Made by a program: the position numbers and the translations under genes. Positions 26,833 to 35,801 of a stretch of 64,000 bases of DNA are shown piece after piece. The stretch's first letter is position 1. Each line of letters opens with the position of its first letter. The DNA lies in sequence record NC_004629.1. One strand, written 5' to 3'. The notes beneath the pieces were generated by a model. That model searched no databases, had not been told where the DNA came from, and worked only from the letters and a program-made list of their open reading frames with translations.

Positions 26833-27035
26833 TACGCACAGTGCAATGATATAGAGCAAGGCAGTTTGCGTAAAACGCACTGCACTTTAAGGGGGTGATC
26901 CAGTCGTAAATAAACCGGGGTACTAAAGTATCGTCAGGAACGACACGAACCCCAACTACGGTGCCTTGCTACTCACCGACCTCTAGATAGGGGTCGGACC
27001 TATTACATTAAAGGAGCCCACCAGGGGCTCCTTTA
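26833..27035 (+). ncRNA. Candidate structured non-coding RNA (about 170-200 nt) ending in a terminator
   Basis: ORF-free. 81/160 G+C over 26841-27000 by hand count versus 14/50 and 10/60 in flanking samples. Perfect 9-bp long-range stem 26855-63/26962-70 and a 9-bp hairpin 26976-97. Strand inferred, not proven. Confidence 0.6.
27009..27035 (+). terminator. 11-bp hairpin terminator
   Basis: TAAAGGAGCCC-ACCAG-GGGCTCCTTTA. Confidence 0.8.
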
Positions 27036-27063
27036 TGCCATTCATTATAAATTAATTTAAATC

Positions 27064-27071
27064 TATATTAC
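27064..27071 (+). promoter_or_regulatory. Early promoter core TATATTAC
   Basis: AATTTAAATC-TATATTAC upstream of 27118. Confidence 0.6.
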
Positions 27072-27117
27072 AGGATTACCATAAAGATATTTATCCTTTT
27101 ATAATGAGGAAAAGATT

Positions 27118-27513
27118 ATGTCCGATATTAATAGCACCAATGTAACAGATGAATTAGTACCTTATTTTCCATCGGCGGATGCCATTACTAGTTCTACTAT
27201 TAGGGATGAAGTAATTCCTAATATTTTGTTATTCTACAAGAATGCTTTTAGTGACTTCCAACACGTTAGTAATATCACAGGTACTAACCAGATTGCATCA
27301 GGTTATTTACCAGGTGTAGGTTATTATTTCGAGTATAGTGTTACCGGTAATGCTAATCTTATTCCACCTGAAGCAATTAAAGTATTACGTAATGTAATCA
27401 CTAAAAATGGATATAAAGATGACATTACCATCACACCAAAAGGTTTTGGCCTAATCAATTGGTTCATTGTAAGAGTATACGTAGATGAGCAAATTAAGAA
27501 GACTACTCAATAA
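27118..27513 (+). CDS. Hypothetical protein (131 aa)
   Basis: GAGGA RBS. Confidence 0.75.
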   Translation: MSDINSTNVTDELVPYFPSADAITSSTIRDEVIPNILLFYKNAFSDFQHVSNITGTNQIASGYLPGVGYYFEYSVTGNANLIPPEAIKVLRNVITKNGYKDDITITPKGFGLINWFIVRVYVDEQIKKTTQ

Positions 27514-27661
27514 AGAATTAGAAAAAGAGTTAGTTAAAAAACTAGATTTTCTAGAACGTGATTTTAGAGCTATAAAAGAAGTTATCAAAACTGGAAAATA
27601 TCCTGATCCTGTTAATCCGAATCGCAGACAAAGTGATTATGATTTATCTTTTAATAATTAA
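27485..27661 (+). CDS. Small basic coiled-coil protein (58 aa, below track cutoff)
   Basis: MSKLRRLLNKELEKELVKKLDFLERDFRAIKEVIKTGKYPDPVNPNRRQSDYDLSFNN*; fills the gap between its neighbours. Confidence 0.55.
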   Translation: MSKLRRLLNKELEKELVKKLDFLERDFRAIKEVIKTGKYPDPVNPNRRQSDYDLSFNN

Positions 27662-27677
27662 CCTATAAGAGGATGCT

Positions 27678-28079
27678 ATGGAAATCACATTTCCATCTGT
27701 AAAAGAAGTAATGACAACTGATCCAGCATTTATTGATTTGGTTCTGAAAAGTAAATTACTTACTATCCGTAAAGCAATGATTGATGTTATTCGAAATATT
27801 GAGAATACATCACTAGCATCTAGTAGGCTTGTTAAACAGAAAAGCTATCCATATCAAACTACTTTCGAACTTGTATTTAACCCAAAGGTTTTTAAATGGT
27901 TTGATAAAACAGATGCTATCAATATTAAAAATATTCTTCATGCTGAAGTAGTTAACCAGGATTGGGAGAGTATTGATATTTCTTATAATGGTAGGGATAT
28001 ACATGGTTTTGAAAAAGTGACTATTGTATTAACTCCTATGAAAGATGAAGCTATTAAATATGATCTTTCAAAAGCATGA
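27678..28079 (+). CDS. Hypothetical protein (133 aa)
   Basis: GAGGA RBS. Confidence 0.75.
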   Translation: MEITFPSVKEVMTTDPAFIDLVLKSKLLTIRKAMIDVIRNIENTSLASSRLVKQKSYPYQTTFELVFNPKVFKWFDKTDAINIKNILHAEVVNQDWESIDISYNGRDIHGFEKVTIVLTPMKDEAIKYDLSKA

Positions 28080-28095
28080 ATTAAGATAACATATA

Positions 28096-28117
28096 CCCTC
28101 CCCTTTATTGGGGAGGG
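28096..28117 (+). terminator. Intrinsic terminator
   Basis: CCCTCCCC-TTTATT-GGGGAGGG. Confidence 0.75.
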
Positions 28118-28321
28118 ATTATTTACTTATATGTTTAATAGAATAAGGACTCTACCTTGGAATAATGCTAATGCTCTTCACCAGAGAAAAGAGATATATA
28201 GATAGACGTATTACACATTATCAGGTTGAGTAGTAAATTAAAACAACCAATAATACGTTATTCAATATTGAAATAGTTGTTATAAAACATTTATATTAAT
28301 CTAATACAGGAAATAAAGAAA

Positions 28322-29032
28322 ATGGGTGATTATGTATATTTAGAAACTCAAGCTAAAGTAAATAATGAATGGATTGGTATCGAAGATATTGAACTAACAC
28401 AGAATTATGATCTTTATGCATATCTACTTGATATTCGCAATTATTGGGATGTAAAACCATTTGCTTACCATAATGGTGTTCCTGATGATCTGAAAAAGAA
28501 ACCAGAATGGTGGAGTAGTTATGATGATGATCCACGCTGTGATGCATGGATTAGTGGTGAAGCTATTCTAAAAGGTATGAGTGAGCTTAAACCAGTTACT
28601 AAAACAGTATATATGAGTCTATATACTTATATGTCCTGGGATCGTATGTCAGAACCAGATTGCTATTCACGGTATAGCCCACGTCTTGTAACAGATGAAC
28701 CAAAAATTAATAAAATCTCTCAAAAACAATTACAGTATTATAAGAATTTAACTGAAAGTTTTTATTCTCTAAACCTTAAAGCTAATTATGATTGGAAGGT
28801 TATCGACGGTCGGTTACAACGAGTCGGGCCTAAATGTGGTAAGAATCACCTACGTAATCTACGTCGAGTATCGCGTTATCTATCTTTCTGCAATGTTCCT
28901 AATGAACCTATCAAAGTAACTTATACACTCACGGCTGATCAACAGCGAAAAGAATTTAAACCTTTTATTTATCAAGTCCGAAATGCCGTTCTTAAGTACG
29001 GTGATATCCGTCTTCTAATGAGGGTTAGATAA
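28322..29032 (+). CDS. Phage protein of the MG.D..E...W...RNY.LF..L..VRN type
   Basis: MGDYVYLETQ..EW..ELTQNYDLYAYLLDIRN..GVPDD; function unknown. Confidence 0.7.
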   Translation: MGDYVYLETQAKVNNEWIGIEDIELTQNYDLYAYLLDIRNYWDVKPFAYHNGVPDDLKKKPEWWSSYDDDPRCDAWISGEAILKGMSELKPVTKTVYMSLYTYMSWDRMSEPDCYSRYSPRLVTDEPKINKISQKQLQYYKNLTESFYSLNLKANYDWKVIDGRLQRVGPKCGKNHLRNLRRVSRYLSFCNVPNEPIKVTYTLTADQQRKEFKPFIYQVRNAVLKYGDIRLLMRVR

Positions 29033-29685
29033 TGGCAATGACAGCTATTGTCGGTAGTCGCTATGCCCCTACATGGGCCCTAGAATTGATGATACGCGCA
29101 GGAAGAACATTTGTTGATCTAGGTATAGGTATTTCATCAGGCGATGCATATGGATCAGATAGAGCTGGTTGGTATGGTGCAATTCAGTCTGATAAATGGG
29201 ATACAGTAGAAAGTCGTATTTACATTATTCGAAATGGATTTCTTGGAAGACGAATTGAGAATCTAGCGTGGTTTCATGATGCCTCCGTATATACTGATAC
29301 CATTCCCACAGCTATGGCAATGGCCTGTGCAGCTCGGGGAAGTTTCAATGGTTTAGGTAGAACAGGTATTGAACTACATACTCGTAATGTATTTCAAATT
29401 CATGGCCATACTTTACGTGAACCTGTTTCAACTATTATTGCATACGGTGAACAAAAGACACCAACCTCTGTAATTAGTGGTGGTACTAATACAGCGTGGC
29501 AGTTGGCATTAGATGCAAATGTGCCAACTATGTATAACCTATACTGGTCCGATGATGTAAAGAGACTAGAAGAATGGTTAAATAAAAATGAATCTGATGA
29601 GCCATATATGCCAATTGATTGGTCTGAAATCTTAGATCCTAGAGATAGCCGTCTACCTGAATTGATGGATGAATATAATAATTAA
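29032..29685 (+). CDS. SLOG-superfamily (DprA/Smf-like Rossmann) protein
   Basis: AIVGSR, SSGDAYGSD, HTRNVFQIHG, SGGTNTAWQLA motifs. Confidence 0.75.
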   Translation: MAMTAIVGSRYAPTWALELMIRAGRTFVDLGIGISSGDAYGSDRAGWYGAIQSDKWDTVESRIYIIRNGFLGRRIENLAWFHDASVYTDTIPTAMAMACAARGSFNGLGRTGIELHTRNVFQIHGHTLREPVSTIIAYGEQKTPTSVISGGTNTAWQLALDANVPTMYNLYWSDDVKRLEEWLNKNESDEPYMPIDWSEILDPRDSRLPELMDEYNN

Positions 29686-29719
29686 TTTTCTCAAATGAAT
29701 TAGTTATAATAGCCAAAAT

Positions 29720-29745
29720 AAACCCTCCTCTTAGTAGGAGGGTTT
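29720..29745 (+). terminator. Intrinsic terminator
   Basis: AAACCCTCCT-CTTAGT-AGGAGGGTTT. Confidence 0.8.
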
Positions 29746-29788
29746 ATATCGTCTCAAATTAGATTATCAATTAGAAAAGGAACATCAA

Positions 29789-30889
29789 ATGAATTATCGT
29801 AATAGCAAACTTACGTTAGTCCAGCAGAAGTGGATTGATCGTTTTATCTCCATTGCTATGGAGGTTGATAATGGCCGTGCAATTTCCAATGCATATCGCT
29901 ATACTCTTAATGAACAGGGAATTAGTTCAGATAGTGAAGATCTACGTATTCACTATCCTTTTGGAGTTGATAGAAAAGAATTCATCAAAGAACAAATTTA
30001 CAAACTATGTGATGAAGTTATAAGCCCTTTAAATCTGAAAGCATTCAGAATTAGTGGTGGTTTTGCATTACTAGATGATGAAGGAATCATTGGTTTCCTA
30101 ATGAATGGAATGGAAGGTACCACTAGTCAGAACTTTAGATTATACTCCAATGAAGAACTGATCAAAGTATTTAAATTACGTTTTGAAGAAGTATTTGATC
30201 AGACTCGTCCACCTAGTATTAAAAGAATTCGGGTTAACTATCAAAATAATGAACTATATAGCTTTAGTGAAGTTATTTCTGTTCGTAACTACAATCCAAA
30301 TATGATGGAAATGTATCCATTCCTAGATCGATCTCCAGCTGAAATCTGGACTGAATTCGCTGCATCTGAATCTAATGTTCTACTATTGATTGGTCCTCCT
30401 GGTACTGGTAAGTCTAATTATATCAATGAGATTATTCGGGCTCGTGGTTATAATGATCGTAATGTGTATCTAGCTGATCAAGATGATGTACTTGGCCACG
30501 CCGGTTTGACTAATTTTATTCGTGGTGTTGAGGATAATTCACTCATTATTACAGAAGACTCTGATAAAATGGTGGCTAAACGTGTAGATGGTAATAGTAA
30601 TATGTCAGGGCTATTAAATGCTACAGCTGGTCTAGTATCTACTAAGACCAAGATTATCATTTCTACTAATCTTCCGACTCTTCGTGATGTTGATGAAGCT
30701 TTAGTTCGACCTGGCCGTGCTTTCGATATTCTTACCTTCAAAACACTTACTGCTGAACAAGCGATTGCAGCTCGTTTAGCTAATGGTCTAGATCCAGTTG
30801 AGTTTGTCGGTAATAATCTTACTTTAGCTGAAGCATTGAATACTAGTTCTTGCAGTAGCCCACGCAAAGCAAGTCGTGTAGGTTTCTAA
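29789..30889 (+). CDS. AAA+ ATPase (366 aa)
   Basis: LLLIGPPGTGKS Walker A, IITEDSD Walker B, IISTN sensor 1, ALVRPGRAFD arginine finger. Confidence 0.88.
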   Translation: MNYRNSKLTLVQQKWIDRFISIAMEVDNGRAISNAYRYTLNEQGISSDSEDLRIHYPFGVDRKEFIKEQIYKLCDEVISPLNLKAFRISGGFALLDDEGIIGFLMNGMEGTTSQNFRLYSNEELIKVFKLRFEEVFDQTRPPSIKRIRVNYQNNELYSFSEVISVRNYNPNMMEMYPFLDRSPAEIWTEFAASESNVLLLIGPPGTGKSNYINEIIRARGYNDRNVYLADQDDVLGHAGLTNFIRGVEDNSLIITEDSDKMVAKRVDGNSNMSGLLNATAGLVSTKTKIIISTNLPTLRDVDEALVRPGRAFDILTFKTLTAEQAIAARLANGLDPVEFVGNNLTLAEALNTSSCSSPRKASRVGF

Positions 30890-30996
30890 GGAAAAGTAAG
30901 CTGCTTTTAAACTAGCGAAGAAACATGAATTCCAACGTGTTGTTTATAATCCTGATGACCTTAAAGTAAAGCATTATTTCACATACGGAGATCAGC

Positions 30997-31599
30997 ATGC
31001 AGCGCAATAATGACCCGCAGCAAGTAATCATGTCGATTGAGATGTACAATAGCCTACTGGCTATGGCTAATGATTCACCTCATTACACGACAAAACTTAT
31101 CCAACGTCACGTGCGAAAGATGAATCCTTTTTTACAACCTGCACATCTAAAGAATGTCAGAACTAAGGAAGCTATTCGGTCCCAACGTATTCGTGAAGCT
31201 CGGACTTTCTTCGAAGCCAATCATAGAAAAATTCTGTACGCAAAGGTTGATATGGGTAACTGTAAAAAAGGAGATGATCCGGTTTACTTCCCATGCATAT
31301 CTGAACGTATTGCCAAGAATAGACAACTAATCCAAGTTCGTCATGCCAATGAAGTTGGTTATGGACGGTGCATCCGGTTGGTAGAGGCTAAATATCTCAC
31401 AACCATTATTCCTGATGGATATATCCAAGGAACTGGGCCGTATAAAAAATATCTTGTTAAAGAGAATGGTCCTTACGATATCCGTGAACAAGAAGAAAAA
31501 CGTAAACAAGCTTTTTCGAGTGAGATAGCTAAGAAGTTTGAGTTCAAACATGATTCTTACGATATGGATAATCTCAAAAAGAATTATTATACACAATGA
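30997..31599 (+). CDS. Basic hypothetical protein (200 aa), paralog of 56280-56663
   Basis: GGAG RBS; N-terminal 80 aa align with the 56280 ORF. Confidence 0.75.
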   Translation: MQRNNDPQQVIMSIEMYNSLLAMANDSPHYTTKLIQRHVRKMNPFLQPAHLKNVRTKEAIRSQRIREARTFFEANHRKILYAKVDMGNCKKGDDPVYFPCISERIAKNRQLIQVRHANEVGYGRCIRLVEAKYLTTIIPDGYIQGTGPYKKYLVKENGPYDIREQEEKRKQAFSSEIAKKFEFKHDSYDMDNLKKNYYTQ

Positions 31600-31690
31600 G
31601 ATTAGTATAAATGGACATTAGTTTATCTCCAGTATGAGTATTCCAACTTCTTAAATATTACTAAAGAGCAGACTATGAATATATCAGTGT

Positions 31691-32059
31691 TTGCTCTTTG
31701 GAGGTAATTACTCTGGAGCATCTAATATGTGTGCAATTCCTGTAATACCTGTATCAAATGACATCACTGTTATTAAGCCAGGTGATACAGTTTGGTCAAC
31801 AGGTGTTCTCGGTATGAAAGCATCCTGTGAGCATCCACCAGCGCTATTCTGTATACGGGGTGATGAACTTGAAGTTCTAGAAATTAGCCCTCCCACGGAA
31901 TATGAGAAAAAAGCAATGTATAAGTGCCGCTTAAAAAGAGGCACTGGTCATTTCTGGATTTATCGTAGTGGGTTTACTAAAACAAAGCCATTTAATCACA
32001 ATATGACTGGTTATGAGTTTTGGGATGGTGAGAAAATTAGAGAATATGGTGGGTATTAG
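31691..32059 (+). CDS. Hypothetical protein (about 110-120 aa; start uncertain)
   Basis: KPGDTVW segment is SH3/KOW-like. Confidence 0.6.
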   Translation: MLFGGNYSGASNMCAIPVIPVSNDITVIKPGDTVWSTGVLGMKASCEHPPALFCIRGDELEVLEISPPTEYEKKAMYKCRLKRGTGHFWIYRSGFTKTKPFNHNMTGYEFWDGEKIREYGGY

Positions 32060-32070
32060 AGTAAAAGAAA

Positions 32071-32196
32071 ATGACTAGCGAAAATAATAAATCAGACATA
32101 CAACATGAACAAGAAGAACCACCCATATTCAAGATGCTTTTTCTAAGTGCAGTTATAGGTGGATCATTATGGGAAATAATTAGACAGTGGTTTTAG
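32071..32196 (+). CDS. Small C-terminally anchored membrane peptide (41 aa)
   Basis: MTSENNKSDIQHEQEEPPIFKMLFLSAVIGGSLWEIIRQWF*; the stop lies within hairpin 32182-32205. Confidence 0.45.
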   Translation: MTSENNKSDIQHEQEEPPIFKMLFLSAVIGGSLWEIIRQWF

Positions 32197-32230
32197 CCAC
32201 TGTCTTTATAATGTATTTTGAGTTATAAAA

Positions 32231-32395
32231 ATGTCCATAGAAAAAGCCTATTCCAATTTAATAGCTTCAATTAAAACAGTTAGAAAACATTTTCCTAAAT
32301 TAATTCAAGAGAAGAATTTAGATGAGGAATTACGACGGGAGTTTACGACTCCTATTCAATTCGACCCGACTAAGAAATCGGGAAACTCCTTTTGA
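32231..32395 (+). CDS. Small hypothetical protein (54 aa)
   Basis: MSIEKAYSNLIASIKTVRKHFPKLIQEKNLDEELRREFTTPIQFDPTKKSGNSF*. Confidence 0.45.
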   Translation: MSIEKAYSNLIASIKTVRKHFPKLIQEKNLDEELRREFTTPIQFDPTKKSGNSF

Positions 32396-32411
32396 TAACG
32401 AACAGTCAGAA

Positions 32412-32579
32412 ATGGATAAGTTAAAACCAATCGATGACTTTTGGAAAACTAAAACAATTAAACCATCAGATGCTTATTTAGAAAGAAAGAATGAGCAACT
32501 AAAGATGATTAATCCGCATAAAGTTTATAATCCATTCAATGAAAAAGATACGATATTAAAACCTATTTCTAAATTATAA
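32412..32579 (+). CDS. Small hypothetical protein (55 aa)
   Basis: In-frame ATG (MDKLKP) of the track ORF 32322-32579 avoids overlap with the upstream ORF. Confidence 0.45.
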   Translation: MDKLKPIDDFWKTKTIKPSDAYLERKNEQLKMINPHKVYNPFNEKDTILKPISKL

Positions 32580-32591
32580 AAAGGATTTACT

Positions 32592-33011
32592 ATGAAACAA
32601 GATCATCAATTCTGGCATGATAAACCATTTTCAGAAAATGAAGTTAGGAAGAAACTTGGCGGATCGTCATTATCCAAACTAAGTACAGAACAGATTTTAG
32701 AAGAGTGGCGAACAGAACATATTGAACGTAATACTCCTTTAAGTAAAAGGCTATATGACATTCGTAATAAAGCCATCAATGATTACTCACTTACTGATAA
32801 TCAACAAGTTAATAATTTGTTGCAATGTGCAGTGGATCAAGTCTTAGCAGATGTGATCATTATGTTAGATGGTTCAGTGCCACATAAGCAATTTCAAATT
32901 TCTGAATATGAAATTGAAATGGACAGTAAGGAATTATCGATTAAAGAACATACTCGTCCAATAACTGAAGATCTACTAAAAAATTATTTTGAATTGGTGA
33001 ATGGCAAATGA
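32592..33011 (+). CDS. Hypothetical protein, distant paralog of 59091 and 59822 ORFs
   Basis: KPFSENEVRK, IRNKAINDYSL and DVIIMLDG segments are shared. Confidence 0.7.
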   Translation: MKQDHQFWHDKPFSENEVRKKLGGSSLSKLSTEQILEEWRTEHIERNTPLSKRLYDIRNKAINDYSLTDNQQVNNLLQCAVDQVLADVIIMLDGSVPHKQFQISEYEIEMDSKELSIKEHTRPITEDLLKNYFELVNGK

Positions 33012-33352
33012 CTGAACGTATTCATTACTCAGATCGTAAGTTACCGCTGTGTTTTAAAGGTGTTTATGACATTCCAGTTGTAACCATCGAAAACTATTGT
33101 AAGTGGTATGGTCTTAATATTGTCTATCCAGATGGGTGTGTTGAATGGGTTGACACTGATTTACTTGCTGAAATAGAACGGGAAAGCAAGTTCTCAGTAA
33201 TGGGTGATCACAACTATCATCCAATTCTGCTGGACAAAGTAGCTGAGAAGATTGGCGGGGTGGCATGTGAGGTTGCACGTGAGTTGATGACTGGTCGTTG
33301 GGTACTAGAGGTTATGGACGGTAAAATCCCTGGTCAAGAAAAATTCTGTTAA
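33008..33352 (+). CDS. Hypothetical protein (114 aa)
   Basis: ATGA-coupled ORF. Confidence 0.7.
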   Translation: MTERIHYSDRKLPLCFKGVYDIPVVTIENYCKWYGLNIVYPDGCVEWVDTDLLAEIERESKFSVMGDHNYHPILLDKVAEKIGGVACEVARELMTGRWVLEVMDGKIPGQEKFC

Positions 33353-33356
33353 ATGG

Positions 33357-33905
33357 ATGATTAAAATGGGTATTGATGTTTTCCCTGTAGTTACCAAACG
33401 TTCCACACGTTCTTCAGATGGTGCACGTGTACTTAAATTCATTGACATGCATACATGCGAGGCTCTTAACTTTAGCCGTTGCTATTATCTTTGGGATTGG
33501 TTAACCGATAATAATGAGTATACCAACCGATTCTGTCGACCGACTCTTAAAGGCTGTGGATTTGGTACACTCGTCAGTGATGACTCGCATCCAGTATGGA
33601 ACAACTTTGAAGGTCGCCTTTCACAAATTGTCAATTCCAAACAGGACAATCTAACACCGTACGCCTATTATAGTGAAGATGGTTGGTACCCACTTACAAT
33701 GATCTTCAATATGGAAGACCTCTGGAACTTCGATTATGATCAGAAGCCAACGATGTTCGATCAAGATGTTAATGGTGAAGTCATTTCGGAAAAAACCTAT
33801 CGCCAGCTATTTTTGAGCAATGGTGTGGATGATGGTTATTTCAAGTTCCTGGAAGAAACTAAAAAGATGGAGTGTGTTCACTTCATCGCCCGATTCTGGG
33901 GATGA
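33357..33905 (+). CDS. Phage protein of unknown function (182 aa), same broad family as 28322
   Basis: MGIDVF..SRCYYLWDWL..EDLWNFDYDQ..TYRQLF..YFKFL. Confidence 0.7.
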   Translation: MIKMGIDVFPVVTKRSTRSSDGARVLKFIDMHTCEALNFSRCYYLWDWLTDNNEYTNRFCRPTLKGCGFGTLVSDDSHPVWNNFEGRLSQIVNSKQDNLTPYAYYSEDGWYPLTMIFNMEDLWNFDYDQKPTMFDQDVNGEVISEKTYRQLFLSNGVDDGYFKFLEETKKMECVHFIARFWG

Positions 33906-33928
33906 TTACTTAACAGGAAAAGTTAAAA

Positions 33929-34498
33929 ATGGCTATTCTATCTGATAAAACAATCACTGACTTATCTAAAGGTCGTGAACCAATGATTACGGATTTCATT
34001 GGTCACCAGGTCCGTGAAAAAGATGGTAAAAAGATTATTAGTTATGGGCTTAGTTCATATGGGTACGATGTAAGGCTAGCCCGTAATTTTAAGATCTTTT
34101 CTAATGTAACAAGTGCAGTTATTGACCCATTAGACCCTAGTGATGGATTCTTAGTAGATTGGACTGGTGATTATTGTATTATTCCACCTAACAGTTATAT
34201 TCTTGGTCATACTGTAGAATCGTTTAATATTCCAGATGATGTCCTAGCTATTTGCACAGGTAAATCAACCTATGCACGACTAGGTGCAATTGTTAATGTC
34301 ACTCCTATTGAACCAGGTTTCAAAGGACAAGTCGTTATTGAGATTGCAAACTGCACTACACTACCTCTAAAAATTTATGCTGATATGGGTATTGCTCAGT
34401 TTATGTTCTTTAGAGGTGATGCCCCATGTGAAGTTAGTTATGCAAAACGTAATGGTAAATATCAAAATCAAATTGGTATCACAACAGCGAGACTTTAA
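33929..34498 (+). CDS. dcd: dCTP deaminase
   Basis: SYGLSSYGYDVRL, GKSTYARLG, VTPIEPGFKGQ, Y..RNGKYQNQ.GIT. Confidence 0.95.
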   Translation: MAILSDKTITDLSKGREPMITDFIGHQVREKDGKKIISYGLSSYGYDVRLARNFKIFSNVTSAVIDPLDPSDGFLVDWTGDYCIIPPNSYILGHTVESFNIPDDVLAICTGKSTYARLGAIVNVTPIEPGFKGQVVIEIANCTTLPLKIYADMGIAQFMFFRGDAPCEVSYAKRNGKYQNQIGITTARL

Positions 34499-34500
34499 TA

Positions 34501-34737
34501 ATGCTTAGTCCTAACCAAGAAAAGTTTGTCAGTCGGCTAACTGAAATTACAAAAGCATCTGATTCAGAACTTTGTGCAGTTAATGATACAATCTCATTTG
34601 ATATTTCAACTGATAACATGCATGCTGAATTCTTTAATTTGGTTGCTGAACTGCATTTTAAGATTGTTCATATGTTTCCAATTAACCAATATAACACTCG
34701 TTATCGGGTTGTTATTCATGAACCATTCTATCTATGA
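34501..34737 (+). CDS. Hypothetical protein (78 aa)
   Basis: Coupled ORF after dcd. Confidence 0.6.
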   Translation: MLSPNQEKFVSRLTEITKASDSELCAVNDTISFDISTDNMHAEFFNLVAELHFKIVHMFPINQYNTRYRVVIHEPFYL

Positions 34738-34760
34738 TTGACCAACATAGTGGTTTATAC

Positions 34761-34800
34761 ATTTAAAGCATTTTAAACAGTATATCACAAATGTGATATA
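34761..34800 (+). promoter_or_regulatory. Early promoter (class B) with a 20-bp palindrome over the core
   Basis: ATTTAAAGCATTTTAAACAG-TATATCACAAATGTGATATA; 37/38 identical to 60687-60724. Confidence 0.7.
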
Positions 34801-34827
34801 ATCAACATATATAGGAGATTCTAATAC

Positions 34828-35304
34828 ATGTCACGCAATACTATTTCTTCCTGGAGTGAACTTGGTTCAATGCTGGGTGTACAGCCGAAGCCGGTTCAGA
34901 AGAAACAGAAAAATCGAGCTAAAAAGAATCATGAAGCTGCGGTTCGTAAAAATTCTAGGGAAACCTTTATGGACATTGCTGCAAAACAAACTAAATCAAG
35001 TCCTAACTTCCGTAAGAACAAACAAAAAGATGTTCGTCATTGCAGTGTATGTGATAATATTAAACTAAAAGAAAATGGTATCGAAGAAGGGCGGGCCAAA
35101 CCAATTGGTATGACCGAATTAGCTAAGTTCAAAGTTGAGCTAGCAAAAAATGGTCTTGAGCTATTCGGTTGTGAAGTACGTAAGCAAGAATCTTTTGCAG
35201 ATGCATTTTATGGTAATAATACCATTTGTGAAGAAACTGCAAAGCTGATTAAAGCATACCAGGAAGAGTTTGATTCAGTCTTCCGCCGCGCTATTACTGC
35301 CTAA
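34828..35304 (+). CDS. Basic early hypothetical protein with CSVC motif (158 aa)
   Basis: AGGAG RBS after an early promoter. Confidence 0.75.
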   Translation: MSRNTISSWSELGSMLGVQPKPVQKKQKNRAKKNHEAAVRKNSRETFMDIAAKQTKSSPNFRKNKQKDVRHCSVCDNIKLKENGIEEGRAKPIGMTELAKFKVELAKNGLELFGCEVRKQESFADAFYGNNTICEETAKLIKAYQEEFDSVFRRAITA

Positions 35305-35310
35305 CGATAT

Positions 35311-35330
35311 AGGGGACCTTCTGGTCCCCT
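35311..35330 (+). terminator. Intrinsic terminator
   Basis: AGGGGACC-TTCT-GGTCCCCT. Confidence 0.7.
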
Positions 35331-35362
35331 TAGTCATTATTATTTTTTTTTGGATTTTAGCT

Positions 35363-35554
35363 ATGGATGATATTGAAAAGAAAATAGCCAAAATGGAAGC
35401 TCTATTTAGGTACCATGGTATTACCGTTGATATTAACCATAAGTTGAAACCTAATGCTAAGACAAAATTAACTCGTGCGGAAATTAACCGATTACAAATA
35501 CAATATGATAAGCTTTTAGCTGAACGCGAAGAAGCTTTAAAAGCAATTCCTTAA
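35363..35554 (+). CDS. Hypothetical protein (63 aa)
   Basis: The in-frame ATG after the terminator is more plausible than 35270. Confidence 0.55.
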   Translation: MDDIEKKIAKMEALFRYHGITVDINHKLKPNAKTKLTRAEINRLQIQYDKLLAEREEALKAIP

Positions 35555-35558
35555 ATTA

Positions 35559-35789
35559 TTGAGGATTTATAAAATGTTCAAGCGCGTTATGAGATATATT
35601 CGTGTTTTGAAATTAATTGTTATTTTCTATGTTAGGCGACAACTGGGTTTACACGATTATTGTACACGAAAAAATACAATTGCATTAGATCGTGAAAATA
35701 ATAAACGTGTTCAAATAAATGCTATTTCTCGTAAAGTCGAAGAAGCATTATTTAAAGTTGAACTAGTTGCGATAATGAGTAAGCGGTAA
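35559..35789 (+). CDS. Basic hypothetical protein (76 aa)
   Basis: ORF before the terminator; start may be ATG 35573. Confidence 0.55.
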   Translation: MRIYKMFKRVMRYIRVLKLIVIFYVRRQLGLHDYCTRKNTIALDRENNKRVQINAISRKVEEALFKVELVAIMSKR

Positions 35790-35801
35790 TGTTGTCATAA
35801 A

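Noticed and set aside
26891-27023. tmRNA or tRNA-like identity for the structured element (GGGGGTGA start, CCCACCA in the terminator loop), tempting given the sspB gene
   Set aside because: The 5' GGGGGTG cannot pair with the bases before ACCA, there is no T-arm or tag ORF, and it is far too short.
28131-28300. Short MFNRI... ORF resembling the start of 16373, possible decayed paralog
   Set aside because: Only 4-5 matching residues and multiple stops in all frames; not supportable.
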